DNA from: an uncultured Actinomycetota bacterium
GTDB taxonomy: Bacteria > Actinomycetota > Actinomycetes > JAHEKZ01
DNA: 64,000 nt
Direction: 5' to 3'
Assembly: GCA_963718235.1 (NCBI GenBank)
Contig: CAVQYR010000001.1
Span: forward strand, 2,176,001-2,240,000
Both the position numbers and the translations under genes were made by a program. Below, one piece after another: positions 8,842-16,750 of this stretch. The notes under the pieces were generated by a model that was not told the DNA's origin, made no database searches, and saw only the letters and a program-made list of their open reading frames with translations. Position 1 is the stretch's first letter. Every line of letters starts with the position of its first letter.

Positions 8842-11331
8842 ATGGCGGAACGTAGTGTCCTGCCGATCCCGGACGAGCCGTACGACGGCCCCGTCTTCGA
8901 CGACGCGAAGGACCCGCGGGCCCGGTTCGAGCCGATCCAGCCGCTGCGGCCACCCCAGGGCGCACCGAACGTGCTGGTGATCCTGCTCGACGACGTCGGC
9001 TTCGGCGCCGCCAGCGCGTTCGGCGGCCCGTGCCGGACCCCCACGGCCGAACGACTGGCCCAGCAGGGCCTGTCGTACACCCGCTTCCACACCACGGCTC
9101 TGTGCGCACCCACCCGGCAGGCGCTGCTCACCGGGCGCAACCACCACGCTGTCGGCATGGGGGCGATCACCGAGATCGCGACGTCTGCCCCTGGCTACAC
9201 GTCGGTGCGGCCGAACACGATGGCGCCGCTGGCGGAGGTGCTGAAGCTCAACGGCTACGCCACCGCGCAGTTCGGCAAGTGCCACGAGGTCCCCGTCTGG
9301 CAGACCAGCCCGGTGGGTCCGTTCGACGCGTGGCCGACGGGCGGCGGCGGCTTCGAGCACTTCTTCGGCTTCCTCGGTGGCGAGACCAACCAGTACTACC
9401 CCGCCCTGTACGAGGGCACGTCGCCGATCGAGCCCGACCGCAGCCCCGACGAGGGCTACCACTTCACCGAGGACATGACCGACCGGGCGATCGGCTGGGT
9501 CCGTCAGCGGGCGGCCCTGACGCCGGACCGTCCGTTCTTCATGTACTTCGCTCCTGGGGCGACCCACGCCCCGCACCACGTACCGCTGGACTGGGCCGAC
9601 AAGTACCACGGGGCCTTCGACGACGGCTGGGACGCCCTGCGGCAACGTACCTTCGAACGCCAGAAGGAGCTCGGAGTCGTGCCGCCCGAGGCCGAGCTCA
9701 CAGCACGGCATGAGGAGATCCCCGCCTGGGACGACATGCCCGACGAGCTCAAGCCCGTGCTGGCCCGCCAGATGGAGGTGTACGCCGGGTTCCTCGAGCA
9801 CACCGACCACCACATCGGCCGACTGGTCGACTCCCTCGACGAGCTCGGCGAGCTCGACAACACGCTGGTCTTCTACATCATCGGTGACAACGGCGCGTCG
9901 GCAGAGGGACACATCAACGGCAGCTTCAACGAGTACCTGTTCTTCAACGGTGCAGCGGCCATGGAGACCCCGCAGTTCCTCGAGTCACGCATGGACCAGC
10001 TGGGCACGCCGCAGGCCTACAACCACTTCTCGGTCGGCTGGGCGCACGCGATGGACACGCCGTACCAGTGGACCAAGCAGGTCGCGTCGCACTGGGGCGG
10101 CACCCGCAACGGCACGGTCGTCCACTGGCCCCACGGGATCTCGGCAGTCGGCAGTGTCCGCAACCAGTTCCACCACGTCATCGACGTCGCCCCGACCGTG
10201 CTCGAGGCGGCCGGGCTCCCCCACCCCACGCACGTCAACGGGGTGGCGCAGGCGCCGCTGCAGGGGGTCAGCATGGGGTACTCGTTCGGCGACGCGGACG
10301 CGGCGGAGCGCCATCCGACCCAGTACTTCGAGATCGGCGGCAACCGCGGGATCTACCACGAGGGGTGGACGGCGGTCACCAAGCACGCCACCCCCTGGAT
10401 TGCGTCCGGTGAGCTGCCGGCGTTCGCTGACGACGTCTGGGAGCTGTACGCACCGGACGACTGGACCCAGGCACACGACCTGGCGGCCGAGCAGCCCGAG
10501 CGGCTGGCTCAGCTGCAGGGGGTCTTCCTCGAGGAGGCCCGCAGGTACGGCGTGCTGCCGCTGGACGACCGCCGGGTCGAGCGGTTCGATGCCGCGATCG
10601 CCGGGCGCCCTCAGCTGATCACGGGAACGTCGCAGACGCTGTACGCCGGTATGGGCCGCCTGACCGAGGCGGTGGTGCTCAACATCAAGAACACCTCGCA
10701 CGCGGTCGCGGCCGAGATCGAGGTGCCCGAGGGCGGGGCCAGCGGGGTCATGGTCGCGCAGGGCGGGGCCTTCGGCGGATGGAGCCTGTACCTACGCGAC
10801 GACGGCGTCCCGGCGTACTGCTACAACCTGCTCGGCATGCAGCTGACCAAGGTGGCGGGCTCGACACCACTGACGTCCGGCACGCACCGGGTGGTGATGG
10901 CGTTTGACTACGACGGCGGCGGTCCCGGTCTGGGTGGTCAGGTGCGCCTGCTCGTCGACGGCGAGCAGATGGCCGAGGCTCGGCTCGAGCGCACGGTGCC
11001 GCTGGTGTTCTCCCTGGACGAGACCACCGACGTCGGACGTGACACGGCCTCGCCGGTCAGCGACGACTACACGGCTGAGTCCAGCGAGTTCACCGGCACG
11101 ATTCACCAGGTCCGCATCGAGATCGCGGCTGGCACGACCGACTTCCGTCACCTCATCGATCCGGAGCACCGACTCGCCGTCGCCCGCGCCCGTCTACCAG
11201 CGGTCCCAGGACCCCGCCGGGTCGCGGCCCCGGCGTCGGCCCGGATGGCCGACTCATGGGGTCCTCGAGGGGGCCGGGATCACCTAGTCTCCGGTGGTGG
11301 CGACTTGTCCGGCGTGTGGGTTCGTCCTTGA
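8842..11331 (+). CDS. Arylsulfatase (Cys-type, formylglycine-dependent)
   Basis: PNVLVILLDDVG, CAPTRQALLTGR, GKCH, HAPHH and GDNG motifs. Confidence 0.93.
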   Translation: MAERSVLPIPDEPYDGPVFDDAKDPRARFEPIQPLRPPQGAPNVLVILLDDVGFGAASAFGGPCRTPTAERLAQQGLSYTRFHTTALCAPTRQALLTGRNHHAVGMGAITEIATSAPGYTSVRPNTMAPLAEVLKLNGYATAQFGKCHEVPVWQTSPVGPFDAWPTGGGGFEHFFGFLGGETNQYYPALYEGTSPIEPDRSPDEGYHFTEDMTDRAIGWVRQRAALTPDRPFFMYFAPGATHAPHHVPLDWADKYHGAFDDGWDALRQRTFERQKELGVVPPEAELTARHEEIPAWDDMPDELKPVLARQMEVYAGFLEHTDHHIGRLVDSLDELGELDNTLVFYIIGDNGASAEGHINGSFNEYLFFNGAAAMETPQFLESRMDQLGTPQAYNHFSVGWAHAMDTPYQWTKQVASHWGGTRNGTVVHWPHGISAVGSVRNQFHHVIDVAPTVLEAAGLPHPTHVNGVAQAPLQGVSMGYSFGDADAAERHPTQYFEIGGNRGIYHEGWTAVTKHATPWIASGELPAFADDVWELYAPDDWTQAHDLAAEQPERLAQLQGVFLEEARRYGVLPLDDRRVERFDAAIAGRPQLITGTSQTLYAGMGRLTEAVVLNIKNTSHAVAAEIEVPEGGASGVMVAQGGAFGGWSLYLRDDGVPAYCYNLLGMQLTKVAGSTPLTSGTHRVVMAFDYDGGGPGLGGQVRLLVDGEQMAEARLERTVPLVFSLDETTDVGRDTASPVSDDYTAESSEFTGTIHQVRIEIAAGTTDFRHLIDPEHRLAVARARLPAVPGPRRVAAPASARMADSWGPRGGRDHLVSGGGDLSGVWVRP

Positions 11332-14300
11332 GGGCGGTTTCAAGTTCTGCCCGGAGTGCGCAACGCCGATCAGCGCTTCTTCGACACGGCCGGTGTTGGA
11401 GGAGCGCAAGGTCGTGACCGCTTTGTTCTGCGATCTGGTGGGGTTCACGGCGTTGTCGGAGTCAGCGGATCCGGAGGATGTGAATCGGATGCTGACTGAC
11501 TACTACGTGGTCGCGCGGGCGGCGATCGAGGCGTTCGGTGGGGTGGTGCAGAAGTTCATCGGGGACGCGGTCGTGGGGGTGTTCGGGGTTCCGGCAGCAC
11601 ATGAGGACGACGCTGAGCGGGCGGTGCGGGCGGGACTGCGGATCGTCGATCACTCCGAGCGGCTGACTGCTGTCGGTGGCGGGTCGCTGCTGCTGCGGGT
11701 GGGGATCAACACCGGCCAGGCGTTGGTGCAGCTGGATGTGACACCCGGGTCGGGTGAAGGTTTCCTGACCGGGGATTCGATCAACACCGCGTCGCGGATC
11801 CAGTCGCTGGCCCCGGTGGGTGGGGTGGCGGTGGGGCAGACCACGTTCGACGCCACGTCGGCGGTCTTCGAGTACGACCGGCTGGAACCAGAGCGGGTGA
11901 AGGGCAAGTCGCAGCCGGTCGCGGTGTTCCACGCGAAGGCACCGCTGGCCCGGCTCGGTACCGATGTGACTCGCACTCACGACTCACCATTTGTGGGGCG
12001 GGAGATCGACCTGGCGTTGATGAAAGGGATCTTCGACAAGACGCTCGCCGCGGCGTCGCCGCAGATGGTGACCGTGGTCGGCGAGCCTGGCCTGGGCAAG
12101 TCCCGGATCGTCGCGGAGCTGTTCGACTACCTCGATGACCGTGCGGAGTTGGTGACCTGGCGGCAGGGCCGCTGTCTGCCCTACGGCGAGGGGATCACGT
12201 TCTGGCCGTTGGGCGAGATCGTCAAGGCCCACGCCGGGATCCTGGAAACCGACCCTCCCGGCGTGGCCATCAGCAAGCTGGACGTGGTGCTGCCGGAAGG
12301 GGACGAGCGGGTCTGGTTTCGGCAGCGCATCCTGCCGCTGCTGGGCATCGAGGCGACTTCGAGGGCGGAGCGGGCGGAGTTGTTCACCGCGTGGCGACGC
12401 TTCCTAGAACACATCGCGGAGGCGGATCCGACCGTGATCGTGTTCGAGGATCTGCACTGGGCCGACGAGGCGATGCTGGCGTTCATCGAACAGCTGGCTG
12501 ACCGGGCCGAAGCCGTCTCGCTGCTGGTGGTGGGAACGGCGCGTCCGGAGCTGTTCGAACATCACCCCGACTACGCCGCCGGGCTGCGCAACACCAGCAC
12601 CATCAACTTGGCCCCGTTGAGTGAAGCCGAAACCGCCCGATTGGTGTCGGGCTTGCTGGACGCGACGGTGATCCCGGTCGAGCTGCAGCGACCGATACTG
12701 GATCGCGCCGGCGGCAACCCCCTCTACGTCGAGGAGTTCGTCCGGCTGCTGCAAGACCGCGACCTGATCGTGGCGAAGGGGTCCGTCTGGGAGCTGCGGG
12801 AAGGCGCGCAGGTGCCTTTCCCGGACTCGGTTCAGGCGCTGATCGCGGCCCGCCTGGACACCCTCAGCCCGGACGTGAAGTCGCTGCTGGCCGATGCCGC
12901 GGTGGTGGGGAAGGTGTTCTGGGCCGGCGCAGTCACGGCGATGTCCGGGCGTCAGGCGTCCGAGGTGGCGGAGGTGTTGCGGGAGCTGTCCCACAAGAAG
13001 CTGGTCCGGCCGGCCCGGCAGTCGTCGATGGCCGGTGAGACGGAGTACAGCTTCTGGCATGTCCTGACCCGCGACGTCGCCTACGCCCAACTACCCCGGG
13101 CGTCGCGGGCGGCCCGGCACGTCGCGGCGGCGCGGTGGATCGAGTCCAAAGCCGGAGCTCGGGTGGAGGACTTGGCCGATGCATTGGCTTACCACTACGC
13201 CACTGCCCACACCCTCGCCGTCGCCGCCGGCGACACCAACCTCGCGGCCGAGCTGGAAGCCCCGGCATTCCGATTCCTCACCCTGGCCGGTGACCGGGCC
13301 GTCGGCCTGGACACCGCCGCCGCCGTCGCCGCGTTCGAACAAGCCCTCGCAATGACCCCGCCCGGGCACCCCGACCGGGCCGCCGCGCTGGTCCGGTTCG
13401 GATGGGCCGCCTTGCAGGCAACCCGATACGACGATGCCGCCGCCTCAGTGGAGGAAGCCATCACCGGGTTCCGGGCGGCCGGGGACCTGCTCGCCGCCGC
13501 CGCCGCGATGGGACAGCTCGCCACCGTGCTCCAACGGCTCGGCGATCCCCGTCAATGGACGCTCCCCGCGGAGGCGGTCACGTTGCTGGCCCCACTACCG
13601 CCCAGCCGGGAACTGGTCCAGGCGCTCACCCACGTGGCCGCAGACGAGTATCTGCAGGGCCGACCGGAGGCCGCGATCGGCTTCGCCGACCAGGCGCTGG
13701 CACTGGCCGACCAGATGGACTTGCCCCTGCCCGTGACCGCCCTGAGCTACCGCGGCGGTGCCCGCGCAAGTTTGGGTGACCGGGACGGGTTGACCGACTT
13801 CCAGCACGCCCTCGACCTGGCGACCGCCGCCGGGCAAGCGCACAACGTCGCCATGCTCCACAACAACTACGGGCTCGACCTGTGGCCGTTCGAGGGGGCC
13901 ACCGCCGCGCTGGAGATCATGCGGGCCGGCATCGCGTATGCCAGCCCCCGCGGCCTCACCAGCCTGACCAGCCTGATGAAGGCGTCCTCGTTGTCGTTGC
14001 TGTTCGACACCGGCGGGCACAACGAAGCCCTCGACCTTGCCGTAGACCTCGCCGCGCAGTTCGAGGCGGCCGGGAACATGGGCGACCTGACCGAGGTCCG
14101 GGCCATCCAAACCCGGATCCTCACCCTCCGTGGACAACCGGACCGGGTCGCCGGCTGGCTGGACTGGTTGGTAACCACCACCCGCGACGCCGGCGACACC
14201 CAGGTAGTCGTGCTGTGCTTCGCCGCCGCTGCCGCCACCCATACCGTCCTCGGCCACCGTGAACCCGCCGCCGCGTTGCTGGCCGAGGTCGACACCACCC

Positions 14301-14719
14301 CCGGCACACGCGCCACCTACTACTACGCCCCCTGGTTGCCGACCATGGTCCGCACCGCCCTAGCCATCGAGCGGCCCGACCTGGTCGCACGGCTGCTCGC
14401 CGGAGTCGAACCCCGCCACCCCTACACCCAACACGCCCTGGTCGCATCCAACGCCGCCATCGCCGAACACCGTGGCGACCTACCAACCGCCGCCACCACC
14501 TACGCCGACGCCGCAACCCGCTGGGGACACTTCGGCGTCATCCCTGAACACGCCTACGCACTCCTTGGCCAAGGACGCTGCCTGCTCGCCCTCGGAAGAG
14601 GCGCCGAAGCCACGCCGGCACTGCGTCAAGCCCGAACGATCTTCGAACAACTGCAGGCAGCGCCCGCGCTCACCGAGACCGACACCCTCATCGACCAAGC
14701 CACGGCCCTCAGTTCGTAG
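11294..14719 (+). CDS. Zinc-ribbon + class III nucleotidyl cyclase + STAND AAA ATPase + TPR-like protein
   Basis: CPACG..CPEC; LFCDLVGFT, KFIGD and GDSINTASRIQ; Walker A GEPGLGKS; Walker B FEDLHWAD; GGNPLY; helical repeats. Confidence 0.9.
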   Translation: MVATCPACGFVLEGGFKFCPECATPISASSTRPVLEERKVVTALFCDLVGFTALSESADPEDVNRMLTDYYVVARAAIEAFGGVVQKFIGDAVVGVFGVPAAHEDDAERAVRAGLRIVDHSERLTAVGGGSLLLRVGINTGQALVQLDVTPGSGEGFLTGDSINTASRIQSLAPVGGVAVGQTTFDATSAVFEYDRLEPERVKGKSQPVAVFHAKAPLARLGTDVTRTHDSPFVGREIDLALMKGIFDKTLAAASPQMVTVVGEPGLGKSRIVAELFDYLDDRAELVTWRQGRCLPYGEGITFWPLGEIVKAHAGILETDPPGVAISKLDVVLPEGDERVWFRQRILPLLGIEATSRAERAELFTAWRRFLEHIAEADPTVIVFEDLHWADEAMLAFIEQLADRAEAVSLLVVGTARPELFEHHPDYAAGLRNTSTINLAPLSEAETARLVSGLLDATVIPVELQRPILDRAGGNPLYVEEFVRLLQDRDLIVAKGSVWELREGAQVPFPDSVQALIAARLDTLSPDVKSLLADAAVVGKVFWAGAVTAMSGRQASEVAEVLRELSHKKLVRPARQSSMAGETEYSFWHVLTRDVAYAQLPRASRAARHVAAARWIESKAGARVEDLADALAYHYATAHTLAVAAGDTNLAAELEAPAFRFLTLAGDRAVGLDTAAAVAAFEQALAMTPPGHPDRAAALVRFGWAALQATRYDDAAASVEEAITGFRAAGDLLAAAAAMGQLATVLQRLGDPRQWTLPAEAVTLLAPLPPSRELVQALTHVAADEYLQGRPEAAIGFADQALALADQMDLPLPVTALSYRGGARASLGDRDGLTDFQHALDLATAAGQAHNVAMLHNNYGLDLWPFEGATAALEIMRAGIAYASPRGLTSLTSLMKASSLSLLFDTGGHNEALDLAVDLAAQFEAAGNMGDLTEVRAIQTRILTLRGQPDRVAGWLDWLVTTTRDAGDTQVVVLCFAAAAATHTVLGHREPAAALLAEVDTTPGTRATYYYAPWLPTMVRTALAIERPDLVARLLAGVEPRHPYTQHALVASNAAIAEHRGDLPTAATTYADAATRWGHFGVIPEHAYALLGQGRCLLALGRGAEATPALRQARTIFEQLQAAPALTETDTLIDQATALSS

Positions 14720-14731
14720 TCAGCGTCGCTC

Positions 14732-15292
14732 TCAACGCTTGGCGGCCTTCTTCTTGCGCTGTTTGTACTCACGCACCTTGACCAGCGACTCGGGGCTGAC
14801 GACGTCAGCGACCGACCGGTAACCCTTGAGCGAGTAGTCGCCGGACACCGTCGTCCAGCCCCTGGGTCGCACGTCTATCTGCTTGGCGAGGAAGGCGACG
14901 AAGACCTGTGACTTCTGCCTGCCGAACCCGGGAAGCTCCATCAGTCGAGCGAGCAGGTCCTTGCCCGTGGTCGCCTCGTTCCACAGCCGAGCGGCGTCGC
15001 CGTCGTACTCGTCGTCGATCACGCGTGCGAGGTCCTGCAGGCGTACCGCCATGGACCCGGGGAACCGGTGGATGGCCGGAGGCTGGCTGCACAGTGCGGC
15101 GAACTCCTGCGGATCGGCTGCCGCGATCGCTGCCGGGTCGAGCGTCCCGAAACGGCTGAGCACCTTCCACGGCCCACGGAACGCATGCTCCATGCCGTAC
15201 TGCTGGTCGAGCATCATGCCGACCAGCAGCGCGAAGGGGTACTGGTCGAGAACCGCGTCGGCGTCCGGCTGGTTGGTGATCTGGAAACCCAT
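14732..15292 (-). CDS. HhH-GPD-type base excision DNA repair protein
   Basis: PFALLVGMMLDQQ, PAIHRFPGSMA and HhH LPGFGRQKS motifs. Confidence 0.88.
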   Translation of the reverse strand: MGFQITNQPDADAVLDQYPFALLVGMMLDQQYGMEHAFRGPWKVLSRFGTLDPAAIAAADPQEFAALCSQPPAIHRFPGSMAVRLQDLARVIDDEYDGDAARLWNEATTGKDLLARLMELPGFGRQKSQVFVAFLAKQIDVRPRGWTTVSGDYSLKGYRSVADVVSPESLVKVREYKQRKKKAAKR

Positions 15293-15361
15293 CTCGGCAT
15301 GTTCTCACGGGTGTTCCTGCTCGACACCTGGGAGGCATTCGGACCTACCGCGCCGATGCGG

Positions 15362-15793
15362 TCAGGGTTGCCTGGACCAGTGCTCGTTCAACCGGGCCAA
15401 CGCTTGCTCGCGGGTCAAGACTGCGACCTCGTCCTCGGAGAGACCGACGGTGTGCAGCAGGTGGTACACCACCTGCGCGGGAATCGACTCGCGCCGATCC
15501 GGGCGCAAGGAGCCAGGGCGATCCGGCGCCCGACCACTTCGCAGGCACTCCCAGAACTGGGTCGCCGTCACCGCGAGCTGGGTTGAGAGGATGTGCGACC
15601 ACAGCCCCGGCCCGTACTGATCCTTGTTGGCCGGTCGACTGATCCGCGTCCGTAGGACGGCACCGTCTGCCAGCGGTAGCTCGTAGGTGATGTGATGACC
15701 CACGGACCTGCCGCGAGCATCGCGCACCAGGGTCCAGCCCCCGATCTCACAGAAGCGTTGGTGCTCGCGCCGCGTGGCGGTTCGCGTGCTCAC
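15362..15793 (-). CDS. Putative TA toxin with HicA-like fold and a C-terminal extension
   Basis: FCEIGGWTLVRDARGRSVGHHITYEL...RTRISRP...LWSHIL; GTG start overlaps the antitoxin stop (GTGA). Confidence 0.7.
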   Translation of the reverse strand: MSTRTATRREHQRFCEIGGWTLVRDARGRSVGHHITYELPLADGAVLRTRISRPANKDQYGPGLWSHILSTQLAVTATQFWECLRSGRAPDRPGSLRPDRRESIPAQVVYHLLHTVGLSEDEVAVLTREQALARLNEHWSRQP

Positions 15794-16233
15794 CGAGCGC
15801 TCGACACCGCCGCTGCTGGGTCTTGCGTGTCGCCGCTCGTAATCCATCGGCGCAACTCGTCATCGGTGCTCAGCTCGATCAGCTCGACCACGGCCCAGTT
15901 GGCTTGGTGATTCGGTGCGTTGAGCAGCCGGTCGTTCCAGTCGTCTGCGTACTCGCGCAGCGCAGTGATGAGGTCCCCTACGGCGGCATCGAAGGTGTCG
16001 GCCTCACCGTGGACCGGCAGAGAAGGCAACCATGCGGCCCACCCACCCCCCTCGGCGGCGACCACGGCATCGGCGGGGAGCAGGCGCTCGAGCTGACCTC
16101 GAAACAGCGCCGCCGGCACGACGCTGAACGTCTCGTGTTCCCGCCGGACGGTGGTCACGCGACCGGTCGACGCAGAGTCGAGGACCGTGCGGAACTGCCG
16201 ACGGGCATCGGTGTAGCTGTCGAATCGCCGCAT
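15790..16233 (-). CDS. Putative antitoxin with N-terminal Phd/YefM-like and C-terminal HicB-like domains
   Basis: SYTDARRQFRTVLDSA..G...TVRR (Phd-like); GGWAAWLPSLPVHGEADTFDAAVGDLITALREY (HicB-like); strong RBS GGAGGAGG. Confidence 0.72.
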   Translation of the reverse strand: MRRFDSYTDARRQFRTVLDSASTGRVTTVRREHETFSVVPAALFRGQLERLLPADAVVAAEGGGWAAWLPSLPVHGEADTFDAAVGDLITALREYADDWNDRLLNAPNHQANWAVVELIELSTDDELRRWITSGDTQDPAAAVSSAR

Positions 16234-16253
16234 CAGGTTCACCTCCTCCACCG

Positions 16254-16290
16254 AGGGTACGTGCAGTACGTCAAGTACGTCAAGTACGCA
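16254..16290 (-). promoter_or_regulatory. TA promoter overlaid by four 9-bp-period GTACG repeats (operator array)
   Basis: GTACGTGCA-GTACGTCAA-GTACGTCAA-GTACGCA at 16257/16266/16275/16284; minus strand TTGACG-N18-TACCCT. Confidence 0.7.
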
Positions 16291-16363
16291 GAGCGCGCGC
16301 ACCCGGCAAACCCGGGCCGAGGTCAGGCACAGTGGAGCCAGGGCAGGAGCACGGAGGTTCGCG

Positions 16364-16750
16364 ATGCCGGTCGACCTCAACCACACGATCGTCTACTGCA
16401 GCAACAAGCAAGCCTCGGCGGGCTTTCTCGCTGAGATCCTCGGGTTGCCGGCGCCGACGGCCTTCGGGCCCTTTGCTGTGGTCGAGGTCAGCAACGGTGT
16501 CTCGTTGGACTTCCTCGAGGGAGAGGTGCATCCCCAGCACTACGCGTTCCTGGTCGGCGAGACCGAGTTCGACGAGATCTTCCAGCGCTTGCTCGAGCGG
16601 GGACTGCCGTACTGGGCCGACCCAGGGCAGCAGCGGTCGCGGCAGATCAACACCAACGACGGCGGGCGCGGTGTGTACTGGGAGGACCCTGACGGTCACA
16701 TCCTGGAGATCCTCACGGTGCCCTATGGCGGTTGGCCTCGTCAGAGGTAG
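16364..16750 (+). CDS. VOC/glyoxalase family protein
   Basis: LNHTIV...HYAFLV...GRGVYWEDPDGHILEI. Confidence 0.92.
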   Translation: MPVDLNHTIVYCSNKQASAGFLAEILGLPAPTAFGPFAVVEVSNGVSLDFLEGEVHPQHYAFLVGETEFDEIFQRLLERGLPYWADPGQQRSRQINTNDGGRGVYWEDPDGHILEILTVPYGGWPRQR

